A stretch of 64,000 nt of DNA from Klebsiella pneumoniae (GTDB taxonomy: Bacteria; Myxococcota_A; UBA796; SXON01). The notes under the pieces are model-generated. The model ran no database searches and was not told the DNA's origin. It was given only the letters and a program-made list of their open reading frames with translations. The stretch is from NCBI GenBank assembly GCA_945861635.1, contig CAMAWH010000027.1, forward strand, positions 1 through 64,000, read 5' to 3'. This document shows positions 28,621 to 38,606 of the stretch, piece by piece. The position numbers and the translations under genes are program-made. Each line of letters begins with the position of its first letter. Positions within the stretch are counted from its first letter, which is position 1.

Positions 28621-31600
28621 TCAGAACTGCACGCCCACCGCGATGGTGCCGCCGTGCAGCGTGTCATCGATCTGACCGACAATCGCGCCCTTGTCATTTT
28701 GCACCTGCGCGGTGCGAATTGCCAGGTCGTAGCTGGCGCTCACGAACATCGGGTCGAGTATCGCCCACCCGATTTCCGCGCCAAACTCGTGATTGTACGG
28801 GGTGGTTCCGCCGGCCAGATTCTCCGTGAAGTGGGTAACGAAGAAGACATTTTGTTGTCCGAACTTCAGGTCCGCCCCAAGCTCCGCGCCCGCAGCGAGC
28901 CCAACCAGCGCGAGCTGGTCAAGATTGATCGCGTCCGAAATGACCGTGAACACTTGCACGTCACTTTCCGAAACGCCGGCCCGGAGACCGACGTGGAATT
29001 GAGACGAGCCAACCTCGAACGGGTAGCGTCCGACGACGACGGCGCGCGTCGTCGTGTACCAATCCGCCACGGGCTCCTGCGAGTCACACGGGCGGTCGAT
29101 GCCCTGGCAAAGGCCGACGGGATCGATCGTGTAGCTGGATCCGTGCACATCGACGTCCACTCCGACGTACTCGAACATGGGAAGAAACGCGCGAACCTGC
29201 GCGTGGTAGCCCTGACCGACCGCGCCGATCGTGAACGGCTTCGGGTAGAGCACCGTGGCCTGGGTCAACGGCGCCTCGGTGTAGGTATAGCCACCGATCA
29301 TGTAGCCACCGCGGCCGCGAAACCACGCGTGGTCTCCCTTGGCCGGCGGCGCCTTGTTGACGGTCGTCACCGTGGTCGGCTGGGCGATTGGCGTGGGCTG
29401 GGCGACAGGCGTCGGCTGCGGCGTCGGCACCGGCTGTGCCACAGGCGTCGGCTGCGCAACCGGCTGCGGCGTTGGCTGAACGACTGCGTAGGGGTCGGGC
29501 TGCGTGGTGAACGGGTTGGCCGCGCTCCACGCGGCCTCCGCGCCACCAATGGGAATGCGCATGAACGAGGACACCGAACCATCCCGCGTGGCGACAGACA
29601 CCTTGACCTCTCCGCTGGCCGTCGTCGGGACGGCGAGCATCGCTTCATATTGACCGCCGCCCAGGTCACTCACGGGACCGACCGACCCCGCCGAGACGAG
29701 AAAGTCCAGGCCCTGACCGCCGACGCCCTTTCCAGCCTCGTCCGAGACCGTCACTTTCAGCTTGACGGAGCCGCCTGCGCTCACGGTGGCCGGGTCCGAG
29801 ACCATACCGGCCTTCGTGGGGAGCCCGACGCTCGCGATGGACACGGGGCCGATGATCGGCACGATGGCACCGCTCATGCCGTCACGTTCGATGCGCGATG
29901 CACCGAGCGCCAGACCCCATTCGGCAATGAGGTCGGCCTCGGCCTTCGGTCCGCTCACCGGCAGGCGAGGCACCACAACGGCATCGGGAACCTGGAGGAA
30001 GGCCGCTGCCGCGATCATGTCGCCGGAGCTGGCCTCGATTCCAACCATGCTCGCATTGCGACCCGCCGTGTAGTAGATCGCCGCCATACCGTCCGAACCG
30101 GTCTTGGTCGTGGCCGGAACCGCGCCGTCACCGGACGTCAGGCGAAGAGAAACTTCAACGTTGGGAACAGGGTAGCCGAACTCATCGACCGTTGCGACGG
30201 TGATCATGTTCGACGAGAGCCCATCTCCGGGCAAGCGCGCGCGCGCGGGCACGAGGAGGACACGATTCAGCGGGTTGCCCGTCACCGCCGCAGACACCGT
30301 TGCCGTCAACTCGACGGGGCCGCTGCCCGTCGTCGTGAAGAGCGCCTGATAGTCGCCATTTCGGAGGTCCTTGACATCACCCTTGAGGCGCGCTCCGTTG
30401 GCCGAAAAAGTCAGGCCGCGGCTACCGAGCCCGGATCCGTCGGGGCCGGTGACCTTGGTGAAGATCTTGAATCCGTCGGCCCCGGCCGCCAACGTGGCCG
30501 GCTCCGCTGTGAGTTGGACCTTCGCCGCCCGCACGGGAACGAGATTGATCGCCAACGAATCCGATTGGAGCGGTGAATTGTTGACGTTTGCGGCAATCGT
30601 AGCCTGGGTGGGAGCGTTGCCGAACGGCGGAGTGAAGGTGGCGACGTACACGCCGCCCCCCTCGTGTTTCGCCACCGAGATCGCGCCAGCGGTGGCGGTG
30701 AGCGCGACTTGCGCGTTGCCTTCCGCCTTCCCGTCTGCCGTCGTGACGAGCACGCGCACGGGAACGTTGATTCGTCCGTCCGAGGGAATCGCGGTGTTCG
30801 TCGGGAACATCGACACCCGGCGCGCCTCCGGCACCTTCAGGTCCAGCGCGGAATCAACGGATTTGCCGTCGGCGCCGATTTGAGTGACGGTGGCAATCGT
30901 TGCCCCCGGCGGCACCAGAATGGGAACGCGCGCGCGCCCCTGCGCATCCGACTGAATGGGGCCGAACTGCTGGTCCCCGATCTTCATGACCACGCGCGCG
31001 CCCGGCGCCACGGTGACCGGATATTCGACCTTTCCGACCAGCGGAATGGCGAGCGAGCCATAGGTGTGCGTGGGGTCGCGACGGTCGACCACCGTCAGAA
31101 TGGCGACGTGGGGAAAGTTTACCGCCGGCGCCGTGTACAGCGCCGTGAATTGTCCGCCGCCAAGGTTCGTGAGGTTCTCCACCGTGCCGGCCGACGCGTT
31201 GACCTTGAGGTCGACGCCCTGCAAGCCCTGCCGATCTCCACCCGCGAGATTGATGGAGATGGTGGCCGTCCGGTCCTGGCCCAGCGTCATGCGCCCGGGG
31301 TTTGCCGCGACGGCCAGCGTGTGGCTTTTCGGTGGCGCAACCGATACGTTCCATGCCTTCGTGACCGACTCCTTTCCCAGCTTCGTCTTCAGGGTCAGCG
31401 ACGCCGTTCCGCGCTGATCGACTTTGGCCGCGGTGAACGTGAATCGGTAGATGCCCCCGCCAACCTCCACAATATCGCCAGCCGTTCCGCCGGTTACGAC
31501 GGGCTTGCCCTTGATGCCGGTGATCGGCGAGCCATCCGCCGCCAGAGCGAGCAGGTACAGGTCCGCCGCCGTAGCGCCGTCACCGACGATGCCGGTGGGC

Positions 31601-31731
31601 GGGACGAGTTCGAACACCCCGGACCCCGCAAACACCGGTGCAGCCTGCGCGGCAGCCGGATGAATCGGCGCGAGAATGGCGACGACGCCACCAGCAAGGA
31701 GGAGGCGCAGCAACAAGGATGCCTTCGGCAT
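28621..31731 (-). CDS. Outer-membrane, autotransporter-like protein. Signal peptide, multiple bacterial Ig-like (Big/invasin-like) domains, a Pro-rich linker and a C-terminal beta-barrel ending in Phe.
   Basis: Signal MPKASLLLRLLLAGGVVAILAPIHPAAAQA. Repeated Big-like blocks (GDGATAADLYLLALAADGSPITG.., GSDGMAAIYYTAGRNASM.., etc.). PTPQPVAQPTPVAQPVPTPQPTPVAQP linker. About 330-aa C-terminus with alternating hydrophobic pattern ending in ..TIAVGVQF. Confidence 0.65.
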   Translation of the reverse strand: MPKASLLLRLLLAGGVVAILAPIHPAAAQAAPVFAGSGVFELVPPTGIVGDGATAADLYLLALAADGSPITGIKGKPVVTGGTAGDIVEVGGGIYRFTFTAAKVDQRGTASLTLKTKLGKESVTKAWNVSVAPPKSHTLAVAANPGRMTLGQDRTATISINLAGGDRQGLQGVDLKVNASAGTVENLTNLGGGQFTALYTAPAVNFPHVAILTVVDRRDPTHTYGSLAIPLVGKVEYPVTVAPGARVVMKIGDQQFGPIQSDAQGRARVPILVPPGATIATVTQIGADGKSVDSALDLKVPEARRVSMFPTNTAIPSDGRINVPVRVLVTTADGKAEGNAQVALTATAGAISVAKHEGGGVYVATFTPPFGNAPTQATIAANVNNSPLQSDSLAINLVPVRAAKVQLTAEPATLAAGADGFKIFTKVTGPDGSGLGSRGLTFSANGARLKGDVKDLRNGDYQALFTTTGSGPVELTATVSAAVTGNPLNRVLLVPARARLPGDGLSSNMITVATVDEFGYPVPNVEVSLRLTSGDGAVPATTKTGSDGMAAIYYTAGRNASMVGIEASSGDMIAAAAFLQVPDAVVVPRLPVSGPKAEADLIAEWGLALGASRIERDGMSGAIVPIIGPVSIASVGLPTKAGMVSDPATVSAGGSVKLKVTVSDEAGKGVGGQGLDFLVSAGSVGPVSDLGGGQYEAMLAVPTTASGEVKVSVATRDGSVSSFMRIPIGGAEAAWSAANPFTTQPDPYAVVQPTPQPVAQPTPVAQPVPTPQPTPVAQPTPIAQPTTVTTVNKAPPAKGDHAWFRGRGGYMIGGYTYTEAPLTQATVLYPKPFTIGAVGQGYHAQVRAFLPMFEYVGVDVDVHGSSYTIDPVGLCQGIDRPCDSQEPVADWYTTTRAVVVGRYPFEVGSSQFHVGLRAGVSESDVQVFTVISDAINLDQLALVGLAAGAELGADLKFGQQNVFFVTHFTENLAGGTTPYNHEFGAEIGWAILDPMFVSASYDLAIRTAQVQNDKGAIVGQIDDTLHGGTIAVGVQF

Positions 31732-31805
31732 GTGGGGGGCTCCGACAGAGAGGGGCGCTATGGTACTTCGCGGCCGCCGCCTGTCAACGACGCCAGCGAA
31801 CCCTA

Positions 31806-32558
31806 ATGCCCCCTTCCCCATCATTCTCACCAGCCTTTGACGCGCACGCGTCCGACTACGACGCCGTTTGGACCGCGCATCCATTGGTACGCACCCTGCG
31901 CGCACGAGTACTCTCGCGTTGCGCCGCCGAATTCCGACCCGGGTCGCGACTCCTTGACGCCGGCTGCGGGACGGGCGCCGACGCCGTGGTGCTTTCCGCG
32001 TTGGGCTACCGCGTGGCCGGCGTCGATGGGTCGCTCGGGATGGTCGAGGAGGCACGGCGCCGAGGCGTAGCTGCCAGCGTCGCGGACCTTGCGACGGCGG
32101 GTCCGGAGCTGTTCGGCGGTACTGCGGGCGAGAAATGGGACGGCGTGCTGTCGAACTTCGGCGCGCTGAACTGCCTGCCGACCCTGCGGGGCATCGCAGC
32201 GGGGACGGCTGCGGGTTTGCGGTCGGGGGCGCGGGTCATCCTCGTCGTCATGAACCGGCGATGTCCGGTTGAGACTCTGACATTGGCGATGCGGGGGCGG
32301 CCGTCGCGCCGACAGGATGGACGCGTTTCCGTGGGCGAGCAGGCCGTCACCGTTCGGTATCTTTCCTCGCGCACCGTTGTTGAGGAGTTTTCTCCTGCGT
32401 TTCGCGTCGTGCGAATCGAGGCCTTGGGGGCGCTGATGTCACCGCCGGATCTCGGGGGGCGCGTCGGCTGGGGAACGGCAGTGGAGCCGTGGGTTGCGAC
32501 ATGGCCGGGCGTGCGCGGGTGGGGCGATCACACGATGTTCGTGTTGCGGCGTACCTAA
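31806..32558 (+). CDS. Class-I SAM-dependent methyltransferase.
   Basis: RLLDAGCGTGADAVVLSALGYRVAGVDGSLGMVEEARRRG (motif I and post-I). ARVILVVMN. Confidence 0.7.
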   Translation: MPPSPSFSPAFDAHASDYDAVWTAHPLVRTLRARVLSRCAAEFRPGSRLLDAGCGTGADAVVLSALGYRVAGVDGSLGMVEEARRRGVAASVADLATAGPELFGGTAGEKWDGVLSNFGALNCLPTLRGIAAGTAAGLRSGARVILVVMNRRCPVETLTLAMRGRPSRRQDGRVSVGEQAVTVRYLSSRTVVEEFSPAFRVVRIEALGALMSPPDLGGRVGWGTAVEPWVATWPGVRGWGDHTMFVLRRT

Positions 32559-32585
32559 GTCGTCGGCAAGCGCAGTGTCAACTGC

Positions 32586-33152
32586 CTACCGCCCGCCCGC
32601 CTTCGGTGGACCCGGCGGCCGCGCCGGCGGCATGCCACCGATCGCGAGCGGACTCGGCCCCGCCGGCACGGCCGCAGCCGTTGCCGCCGCCGACCCGAGT
32701 ATCCAATGCGGGCTGCCCGCGAGCTGCGTTTTGAGCTGGGCGATTTCCGCCGGCTGGAGTTCGAAGGTCTGCGGCTGCTGCGTGCGCGGGTCGAATTGCG
32801 TTGCGAACCAACGCTCTCCGACCTTGGCCTTGTGGAGCATCAAACCCCGGGGGTCGTCGTAGACCAGCGTAAGGTCGCTGGCTTTGAGCGGGCGGTTCGG
32901 ATCCGGCGGCGGCTCGGCCTTCGGCGGCGACGGTGGAGCCACAACTTCCTTTTTCGGCGTCACGGCCTCCAGAACCTCCTCGATCTCCCATTGAATTTCG
33001 AGCAGTTCGCCCTTTTTCAAGCTCTCCAGATGTTCACGCACGGGCGCACCTGCCGGCCCACCGGCAAGGGCGATCAACGTTGTTTTGATGGCGTCCCGCG
33101 CGGAATAGCTTGCGGCCCGCAGTTCCACGATCAGCGCGTCGATGTGGTTCAT
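32586..33152 (-). CDS. Hypothetical protein with a Pro-rich middle region.
   Basis: ORF starting MNHIDALIVELRAASY. Divergent from the cNMP-binding gene. No recognisable domain. Confidence 0.35.
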   Translation of the reverse strand: MNHIDALIVELRAASYSARDAIKTTLIALAGGPAGAPVREHLESLKKGELLEIQWEIEEVLEAVTPKKEVVAPPSPPKAEPPPDPNRPLKASDLTLVYDDPRGLMLHKAKVGERWFATQFDPRTQQPQTFELQPAEIAQLKTQLAGSPHWILGSAAATAAAVPAGPSPLAIGGMPPARPPGPPKAGGR

Positions 33153-33199
33153 TCGATCTCCTGCCCGCGCATTAACCGGCCATTGATTAGACTCGCGCC

Positions 33200-34600
33200 G
33201 TGGACTTCCTCGAACGATTCGCCGAACGCGACCGCGAACGTTTGCTCGAAGCCTCAACGCCCGTGCGTTTGGCACGCGGCGAATACCTGCTCAAACGCGG
33301 GGAGAAGGGCGGTGACGTCTATCGCGTTGCCGAGGGAGAGCTCGAGATCATCGACAACCGATCGCAGCCCGCCGTCGTGCTCGACGTCATCGGGAAGGGT
33401 GCCATGGTCGGCGAAATGGCGTTCCTCGAAGATCAGGTGCGGACTGCGGACGTTCGTGCCGCTGAAAACAGCGTCGTTCACCGCTGGGACAGGCGCGCCC
33501 TCATGCGCATCCTCGACGCCGACCCTACGTTTGCCGCGGGTTTCTACCGGGGCCTCGCCGGACTTGCCGTCGATCGCGCGCGCGCCATCACAACGAACGC
33601 CATGGTGGGCGCGATTGGCGGCGGACGCGGACCGGCACCGGGAAACGAGGCAGCCGTGGCGCAGGGCCGCCGCCTTGCGGCCGGTGTTCGGGGGCGGCTG
33701 CTCGAAATCGAGCCGGTGATCCGGCGGGATCGTGCGCTCGCGCACCGAGAGCTCCTCTCCGCCCTCCACAGTTTTTCGGAGGCCGCACAGCAGGCGTTCG
33801 CGCGCCTGAGCGAGGAAGATCTCGCGGCCGCCGGCGCAGAAATCGCCCGTGAACTGCACCCCTACGTGATGCGCTCCCAGCTCGGGGAACTCGCGATCGA
33901 CCGACCCGATGGACACTGCGGCAGCATCGCAACCCTCGCGCACTTGCTGCACGGACAACCCATGGGAGATGGGCCGTTGGGAGAAATGTTCGATGAGTGG
34001 TTGCTGACGCTGCCGACCTCGCGTGCGTTTCGTGAACGCACCGCCGTTCTGGAGGCGCTGCTTGGCGAATGTCTACCTGCGGTGCCGCCTTTTCGCATCC
34101 TCGCGCTGTCCGCAAGCAGCGTCGGGTGCCTGCCGCGCCAACTTGAGCACCTCGGGCGCCTCGGCGGAGAAATTATCTGCATCGATCAGACGCGCGAAAT
34201 CCAATCCGTCGTCGACGCTCAGCTGCACGCTCGCCCCCGAAACGTGCGCATCAAGCACGTTGTGGATGATCTCGGGCGCCTCGTCCTGGGGCGGGCGCGC
34301 ATCGCCTACGCGCCGCAGCACGTCGTGATCGTCGACGGGGTGGTCGAGTACCTGCCGGAACGCGTGGCGGTTTCGCTAATGCGCTACGCCCACGACCTGC
34401 TTGCACCCGGCGGCCACGTCCTCGTGACGTCGATGGTACCCGCGCCGGACGACGCGCTGTACCGGTTCCTGCTCAACTGGCCGATGGTGCGCCGGTCACG
34501 CAGTGCCATCCAGGAATTGCTGGAAGGCGCGGACCTCGTCGACGCCCGTACCTACGAGGCGGGAAGCGCCGGTGTCGCCGCCATTGCGACGCGCCGATGA
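33200..34600 (+). CDS. Cyclic-nucleotide-binding (cNMP/CAP-effector) domain fused to a methyltransferase-fold domain.
   Basis: N-terminus has GEYLLKRGEKGGDVYRVAEGELEI..GKGAMVGEMAFL..RTADVRA (cNMP-binding beta-roll with the GEMAF/RTA signature). C-terminus has ILALSASSVGCL..VIVDGVVEYLP..LAPGGHVLV (methyltransferase-like, motif I degenerate). Confidence 0.6.
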   Translation: MDFLERFAERDRERLLEASTPVRLARGEYLLKRGEKGGDVYRVAEGELEIIDNRSQPAVVLDVIGKGAMVGEMAFLEDQVRTADVRAAENSVVHRWDRRALMRILDADPTFAAGFYRGLAGLAVDRARAITTNAMVGAIGGGRGPAPGNEAAVAQGRRLAAGVRGRLLEIEPVIRRDRALAHRELLSALHSFSEAAQQAFARLSEEDLAAAGAEIARELHPYVMRSQLGELAIDRPDGHCGSIATLAHLLHGQPMGDGPLGEMFDEWLLTLPTSRAFRERTAVLEALLGECLPAVPPFRILALSASSVGCLPRQLEHLGRLGGEIICIDQTREIQSVVDAQLHARPRNVRIKHVVDDLGRLVLGRARIAYAPQHVVIVDGVVEYLPERVAVSLMRYAHDLLAPGGHVLVTSMVPAPDDALYRFLLNWPMVRRSRSAIQELLEGADLVDARTYEAGSAGVAAIATRR

Positions 34601-34733
34601 GCCCGCCGATGCGTCCGCCGCGTGCCACGATTGGCGCTTGCTTGACGGCCTACCCTTGCACACAAGCGCGGCGCGGCGTACCCTTCGCCCGCCCCTCGGG
34701 GCTCGCCCGCTCTCGTCCGTTCGGAGGATCCCG

Positions 34734-35570
34734 ATGATGTCGTCCGCTCTGCTCTATGCTCTCCTCGTGCTGCCTGGTTGCAGCGGAGAAACCGTTGCCC
34801 CGCCGCCGGAGCCCGTCAAGCCCGTCGATGTACCGTCGGGACCTGCCCCGAGCATCGCGCTTGAAGAGTTGAAGGCCGCGGCCCAGAATATCGCGCTCGT
34901 CCCCTCCCCCGCCGAAATGCAAAAGGCCATGGAAAAGGCGGGAATCGTCGAGGGCCTCTCCAAGCTGGTCGTCGAACGAAAGCTGCGTGTAGACGTCGAG
35001 AACAAGGACGTTGTTGCCGTGCGCACGGGCGTGATTCTCGCCGACGCCCTGCTCACGGTTCGTGACGCGCCGAAAGAGAAGTTGATTGAACGCCTTACGA
35101 CGGTCAAGGTCGGACTGACGGCACTGGGCGCAGGCGCCGACATCAGCGCCACCATTGACGATTTGAACGCCCGCATCGGCAACGACGGGATCTCGCGTGA
35201 CGATCTGGTCAAGGAACTCGACGAAATGCACGGCGCCATCATCCCCGAGATCAAGTTTGAAGCAGGTGAACGGTGCGTTCCCCTCCTGCAGGCCGGCTCG
35301 TGGCTGGAAGGCTCGAACCTCGTTGCCAGCGCCATCATCAATGCCAACAAACCAGAGGCGGCCAGCCAGCTCTTGCGCCAGCCGCAAGTCGCCGATTACT
35401 TCCTGAAGTATGTTCAGGTCGAAGGCAGCGGCAAGGCGCCGGATGAAGTCATCAAGCAGCTCGACGCCACGCTGCACAAGCTCAAGGACATCGCGGCGCA
35501 GCCGACGCTCTCCGCGGATGACGTCAAGACCATCAAGTCCGAGACGGACGCCGTCCTCGCGCTGCTTTAG
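34734..35570 (+). CDS. Hypothetical lipoprotein.
   Basis: GGAGG RBS 7 nt upstream. Signal and lipobox MMSSALLYALLVLPGCSG. Confidence 0.5.
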   Translation: MMSSALLYALLVLPGCSGETVAPPPEPVKPVDVPSGPAPSIALEELKAAAQNIALVPSPAEMQKAMEKAGIVEGLSKLVVERKLRVDVENKDVVAVRTGVILADALLTVRDAPKEKLIERLTTVKVGLTALGAGADISATIDDLNARIGNDGISRDDLVKELDEMHGAIIPEIKFEAGERCVPLLQAGSWLEGSNLVASAIINANKPEAASQLLRQPQVADYFLKYVQVEGSGKAPDEVIKQLDATLHKLKDIAAQPTLSADDVKTIKSETDAVLALL

Positions 35571-35580
35571 GGAGTCCCCG

Positions 35581-35997
35581 ATGAAAACCCTCCTCTTCCT
35601 CCTCGCCTCCTTGATCCTGCCGGCCCACGCAGACGAAAACTCTGCGGAAAGTTGCCTGCGCACGAAGATTTGGGACGGCTACAACACCGGCTGGGCCGTC
35701 CGCACCGCCACGACAACCTCTCTCGGGCAAGGAGAGCATCGCATCTACCTTGTGACGCTCTACGCGGGCACCGAGTACAAGGTCATGGCGTGTGGGGATG
35801 ACCTTGCCGGAAACGTCGACCTCGTCCTCTACGACGCGCTCGGAAACGAAGTCATGCGCGATCAGACGTCTGACCGTGAGCCGATCCTGAGCTATAAGCC
35901 GACGGCTACCGACACGTTCTACGTCGCCGTGCACGCCACCAAGGTGAACGACGCGGCGAAGAAGGCCGGCATCGCGACGGCGGTGACGTACAAGTAG
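35581..35997 (+). CDS. Hypothetical small secreted protein.
   Basis: Signal MKTLLFLLASLILPAHADE. GGGAG RBS upstream. 138 aa. Confidence 0.5.
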   Translation: MKTLLFLLASLILPAHADENSAESCLRTKIWDGYNTGWAVRTATTTSLGQGEHRIYLVTLYAGTEYKVMACGDDLAGNVDLVLYDALGNEVMRDQTSDREPILSYKPTATDTFYVAVHATKVNDAAKKAGIATAVTYK

Positions 35998-36001
35998 CCC
36001 C

Positions 36002-38560
36002 GTGGAGGACGGCGCACTTCCCATCTCCCGTGAGGCGCGCCTGCGGGAGCGCTTCCGGGTCGCGTTGGCGGGCAAGGGCGTTGCGCACTCCGAGGATGCC
36101 GTCGGGTTCGCGGTAGCATTCGTGCGGCTCGTTCTGCGTGTGTCCATCGCATCAGCGGAGGACCTCGCCGCGCGCCGCGACGCCGTTCAGTTGGTCACCG
36201 GCCAACGCACGCAGCTCGGCGCAGACGACGTTGCAGCGCTGCTCCTGCTCGCGGAGTTGCCCGAATTTCGCGCCGTCGTGGAGGAGGGTGAGCTCGCCGC
36301 GTTCATCGCACGATTTGGCGATTCGGCCGGACGCATGATTCGGGAAGAAGAGGCGAGCGAACTTGATTTGGAAGGCTTTGCGCGAACCTACGGAACGGGA
36401 GAAGCGCTGCTACTCCTCGACGCGCTTTTTCATGTCATCACCAGCAATGGCGGACTCGACCGCAACGTGCTGCGACGCCTGGAGGCGGCGGCGATTGATC
36501 TAGGCATAGACGGCATGCTTTTCGCCGCGCTACGTCGTAAGCACGACGCACCGCACGCCGGCGGCGAATGGACGGTGGCACTGACCGGAGACAGGATCCG
36601 CATCGGCCGCTCTCCCGGCGGAGATATCGTGCTTTCGGACCCGCAGGTTGCGCTGCGCCACGCGGACCTGGTGAGGACGGACAACGGCGGATGGCGCATC
36701 GTCGACCAGGAAAGCGGGCGGCCCACCGTGCTGAACGGGCGGCCCGTCGCAAGCTCACCCGTGAACCACGGCGATGAAGTGCGCGTTGGCCCGTGCATCC
36801 TCCACATCGAGCCGGGCGGCACGGACCTGCGGATCCGCACCGACCGCAGTTTCGCCGCGCTCTCCGCTCGGCGCCTCACCCGCCGCATCGGAGAGGTCTC
36901 GCTTCTCGACGACCTGAGCTTCACGGTTTTTTCGGGTGAAGTCGTCGCGATGATCGGTCCGTCCGGGTGCGGAAAGACGACGCTGCTCAACGCGATTGCC
37001 GGGGTCAAGACCGCCGACAGCGGGCAGGTGCTGTTCGACGGCGAAGACTTCCACACCTTGCTGCGCGCCGAACGCCAGCGGGTCGGCATCGTGCCGCAGG
37101 ACGACATCGTGCATCCCGAACTGACGGTGGAGGAGAGCCTGACCTTCGGCGCGCGCCTCCGGTTCGGGTCCAACACCACCGACGTCGAAATCGAAGGAGA
37201 GGTCAATCGCGTCCTCAACGAGCTGGGCATCGACCACATTCGCCGTTCGCGAATCGGAGACGCCTTACGACGCGGAATCTCCGGCGGCCAGCGCAAGCGC
37301 GTGAATCTTGGCCAGGAATTACTATCGCGATCGACGCGCGTCTTGTTTCTCGACGAACCGACGAGCGGGCTGGATCCACGCGCCTCGCAGGACATCGTTC
37401 GCCTCGTTCGGCAGCTTGCGGACCGCGGCCGTATCGTGTTCATCGTGACGCACGACCTCACCCCGCAGGTCATCGCGCAGGTCGATCACCTCATGGTGCT
37501 CGCGCCGGGCGGACGCCTCGCCTTCTTTGGCCCACCGCAAGCGGCTTGCAAATACTTCGGCGTCCAGACGCCGGACGCGATCTTCAACCGATTTTCCGAC
37601 AAACAGCCCGCGGAATGGGGAGACGCCTACCGACTCTCCGCGGACGCACGCGTCTACGTTTTGGCCCGCGAGCATCTGTTGACGCTCGAAGGCGCCCGAC
37701 CCGCTTCCCAAACCGCGCCCACGCCGCCCCCGCGCCGTTCTGGTGTGAAGCAGGTTCAAACGCTGGTGCGTCGGTATGCGCTCGTGAAGGGGAGAGACGT
37801 TGGCGGCCTGATCGTCCTCCTGGCACAGGCGCCAATCCTCGCCGGCGTCATGAAAATTGTCTTTCGCGCGCCCACGAAAGAGATGCTTTTCATGCTTTCG
37901 CTCTCGTGTCTTTGGTTTGGGATGAGCGCCAGCGTCCGAGAGCTCATCAGCGATCGGGTGATTTGGCTGCGGGAACGTCGGGTTGGCGTGCGCCCCGTTC
38001 CCTACCTTGGCAGCAAAGTCGTCGTGCTTGGCGCGCTCGTCGGCGCGCAGTGCGCGGCGTTTGCGTTGATGAACATGCTCCTTCATCCAAGCATGTTCCA
38101 CAACGGTTTCGGCGCCTTTTCGTTGATGGGGGTCGCCGCGTTGACGGGCATCTGTGGGATGACACTGGGTCTCGTCGTCTCCGCGCTGAACCAATCGTCG
38201 GAAGGCGCGGTGGGGATGCTCCCGCTGCTACTGATCCCGCAGATCAGCTTCTCGGGGCTCCTCCTTTCGCTTCGTCACATGAGCGGATTTTCGCACGCAA
38301 TCACCAACCTGAACCCCGCGCGGTACGCCTACGACGCGATGCTCAAGGTCGGCACCCGAATCGCATCGGTGCCCGAGCGCGGCACGGGGGACTGGGTGAT
38401 TCGCGAGGTAAAGGGCGACCTCTACAACCTTGGGTTCAAACCCGCCGCCCCCGACGACATGGGTCTGTCCATGGGCCAGCTCTGTGCACGGCTGATCGCG
38501 TTCGGTGTGCTTTTCCTGAGCGTTGCCCTGTGGCGTGTGTGGCGGCGAAAGGCGGATTGA
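36002..38560 (+). CDS. Single-polypeptide ABC transporter: TerB-like N-domain, FHA domain, ABC ATPase and ABC-2 type permease (ABCG/White-like order).
   Basis: FHA block IRIGRSPGGDIVLSDPQVALRHADLV..GRPTVLNGRPV. Walker A GPSGCGKTT, ABC signature LSGGQRKRVNLG, Walker B LFLDEPTSGLD. Six C-terminal TM helices. Confidence 0.75.
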   Translation: MEDGALPISREARLRERFRVALAGKGVAHSEDAVGFAVAFVRLVLRVSIASAEDLAARRDAVQLVTGQRTQLGADDVAALLLLAELPEFRAVVEEGELAAFIARFGDSAGRMIREEEASELDLEGFARTYGTGEALLLLDALFHVITSNGGLDRNVLRRLEAAAIDLGIDGMLFAALRRKHDAPHAGGEWTVALTGDRIRIGRSPGGDIVLSDPQVALRHADLVRTDNGGWRIVDQESGRPTVLNGRPVASSPVNHGDEVRVGPCILHIEPGGTDLRIRTDRSFAALSARRLTRRIGEVSLLDDLSFTVFSGEVVAMIGPSGCGKTTLLNAIAGVKTADSGQVLFDGEDFHTLLRAERQRVGIVPQDDIVHPELTVEESLTFGARLRFGSNTTDVEIEGEVNRVLNELGIDHIRRSRIGDALRRGISGGQRKRVNLGQELLSRSTRVLFLDEPTSGLDPRASQDIVRLVRQLADRGRIVFIVTHDLTPQVIAQVDHLMVLAPGGRLAFFGPPQAACKYFGVQTPDAIFNRFSDKQPAEWGDAYRLSADARVYVLAREHLLTLEGARPASQTAPTPPPRRSGVKQVQTLVRRYALVKGRDVGGLIVLLAQAPILAGVMKIVFRAPTKEMLFMLSLSCLWFGMSASVRELISDRVIWLRERRVGVRPVPYLGSKVVVLGALVGAQCAAFALMNMLLHPSMFHNGFGAFSLMGVAALTGICGMTLGLVVSALNQSSEGAVGMLPLLLIPQISFSGLLLSLRHMSGFSHAITNLNPARYAYDAMLKVGTRIASVPERGTGDWVIREVKGDLYNLGFKPAAPDDMGLSMGQLCARLIAFGVLFLSVALWRVWRRKAD

Positions 38561-38606
38561 GCGGCAATCATGCCGCGGCGGCTCCTCTGTGCGCCAACCG
38601 TTGGGA

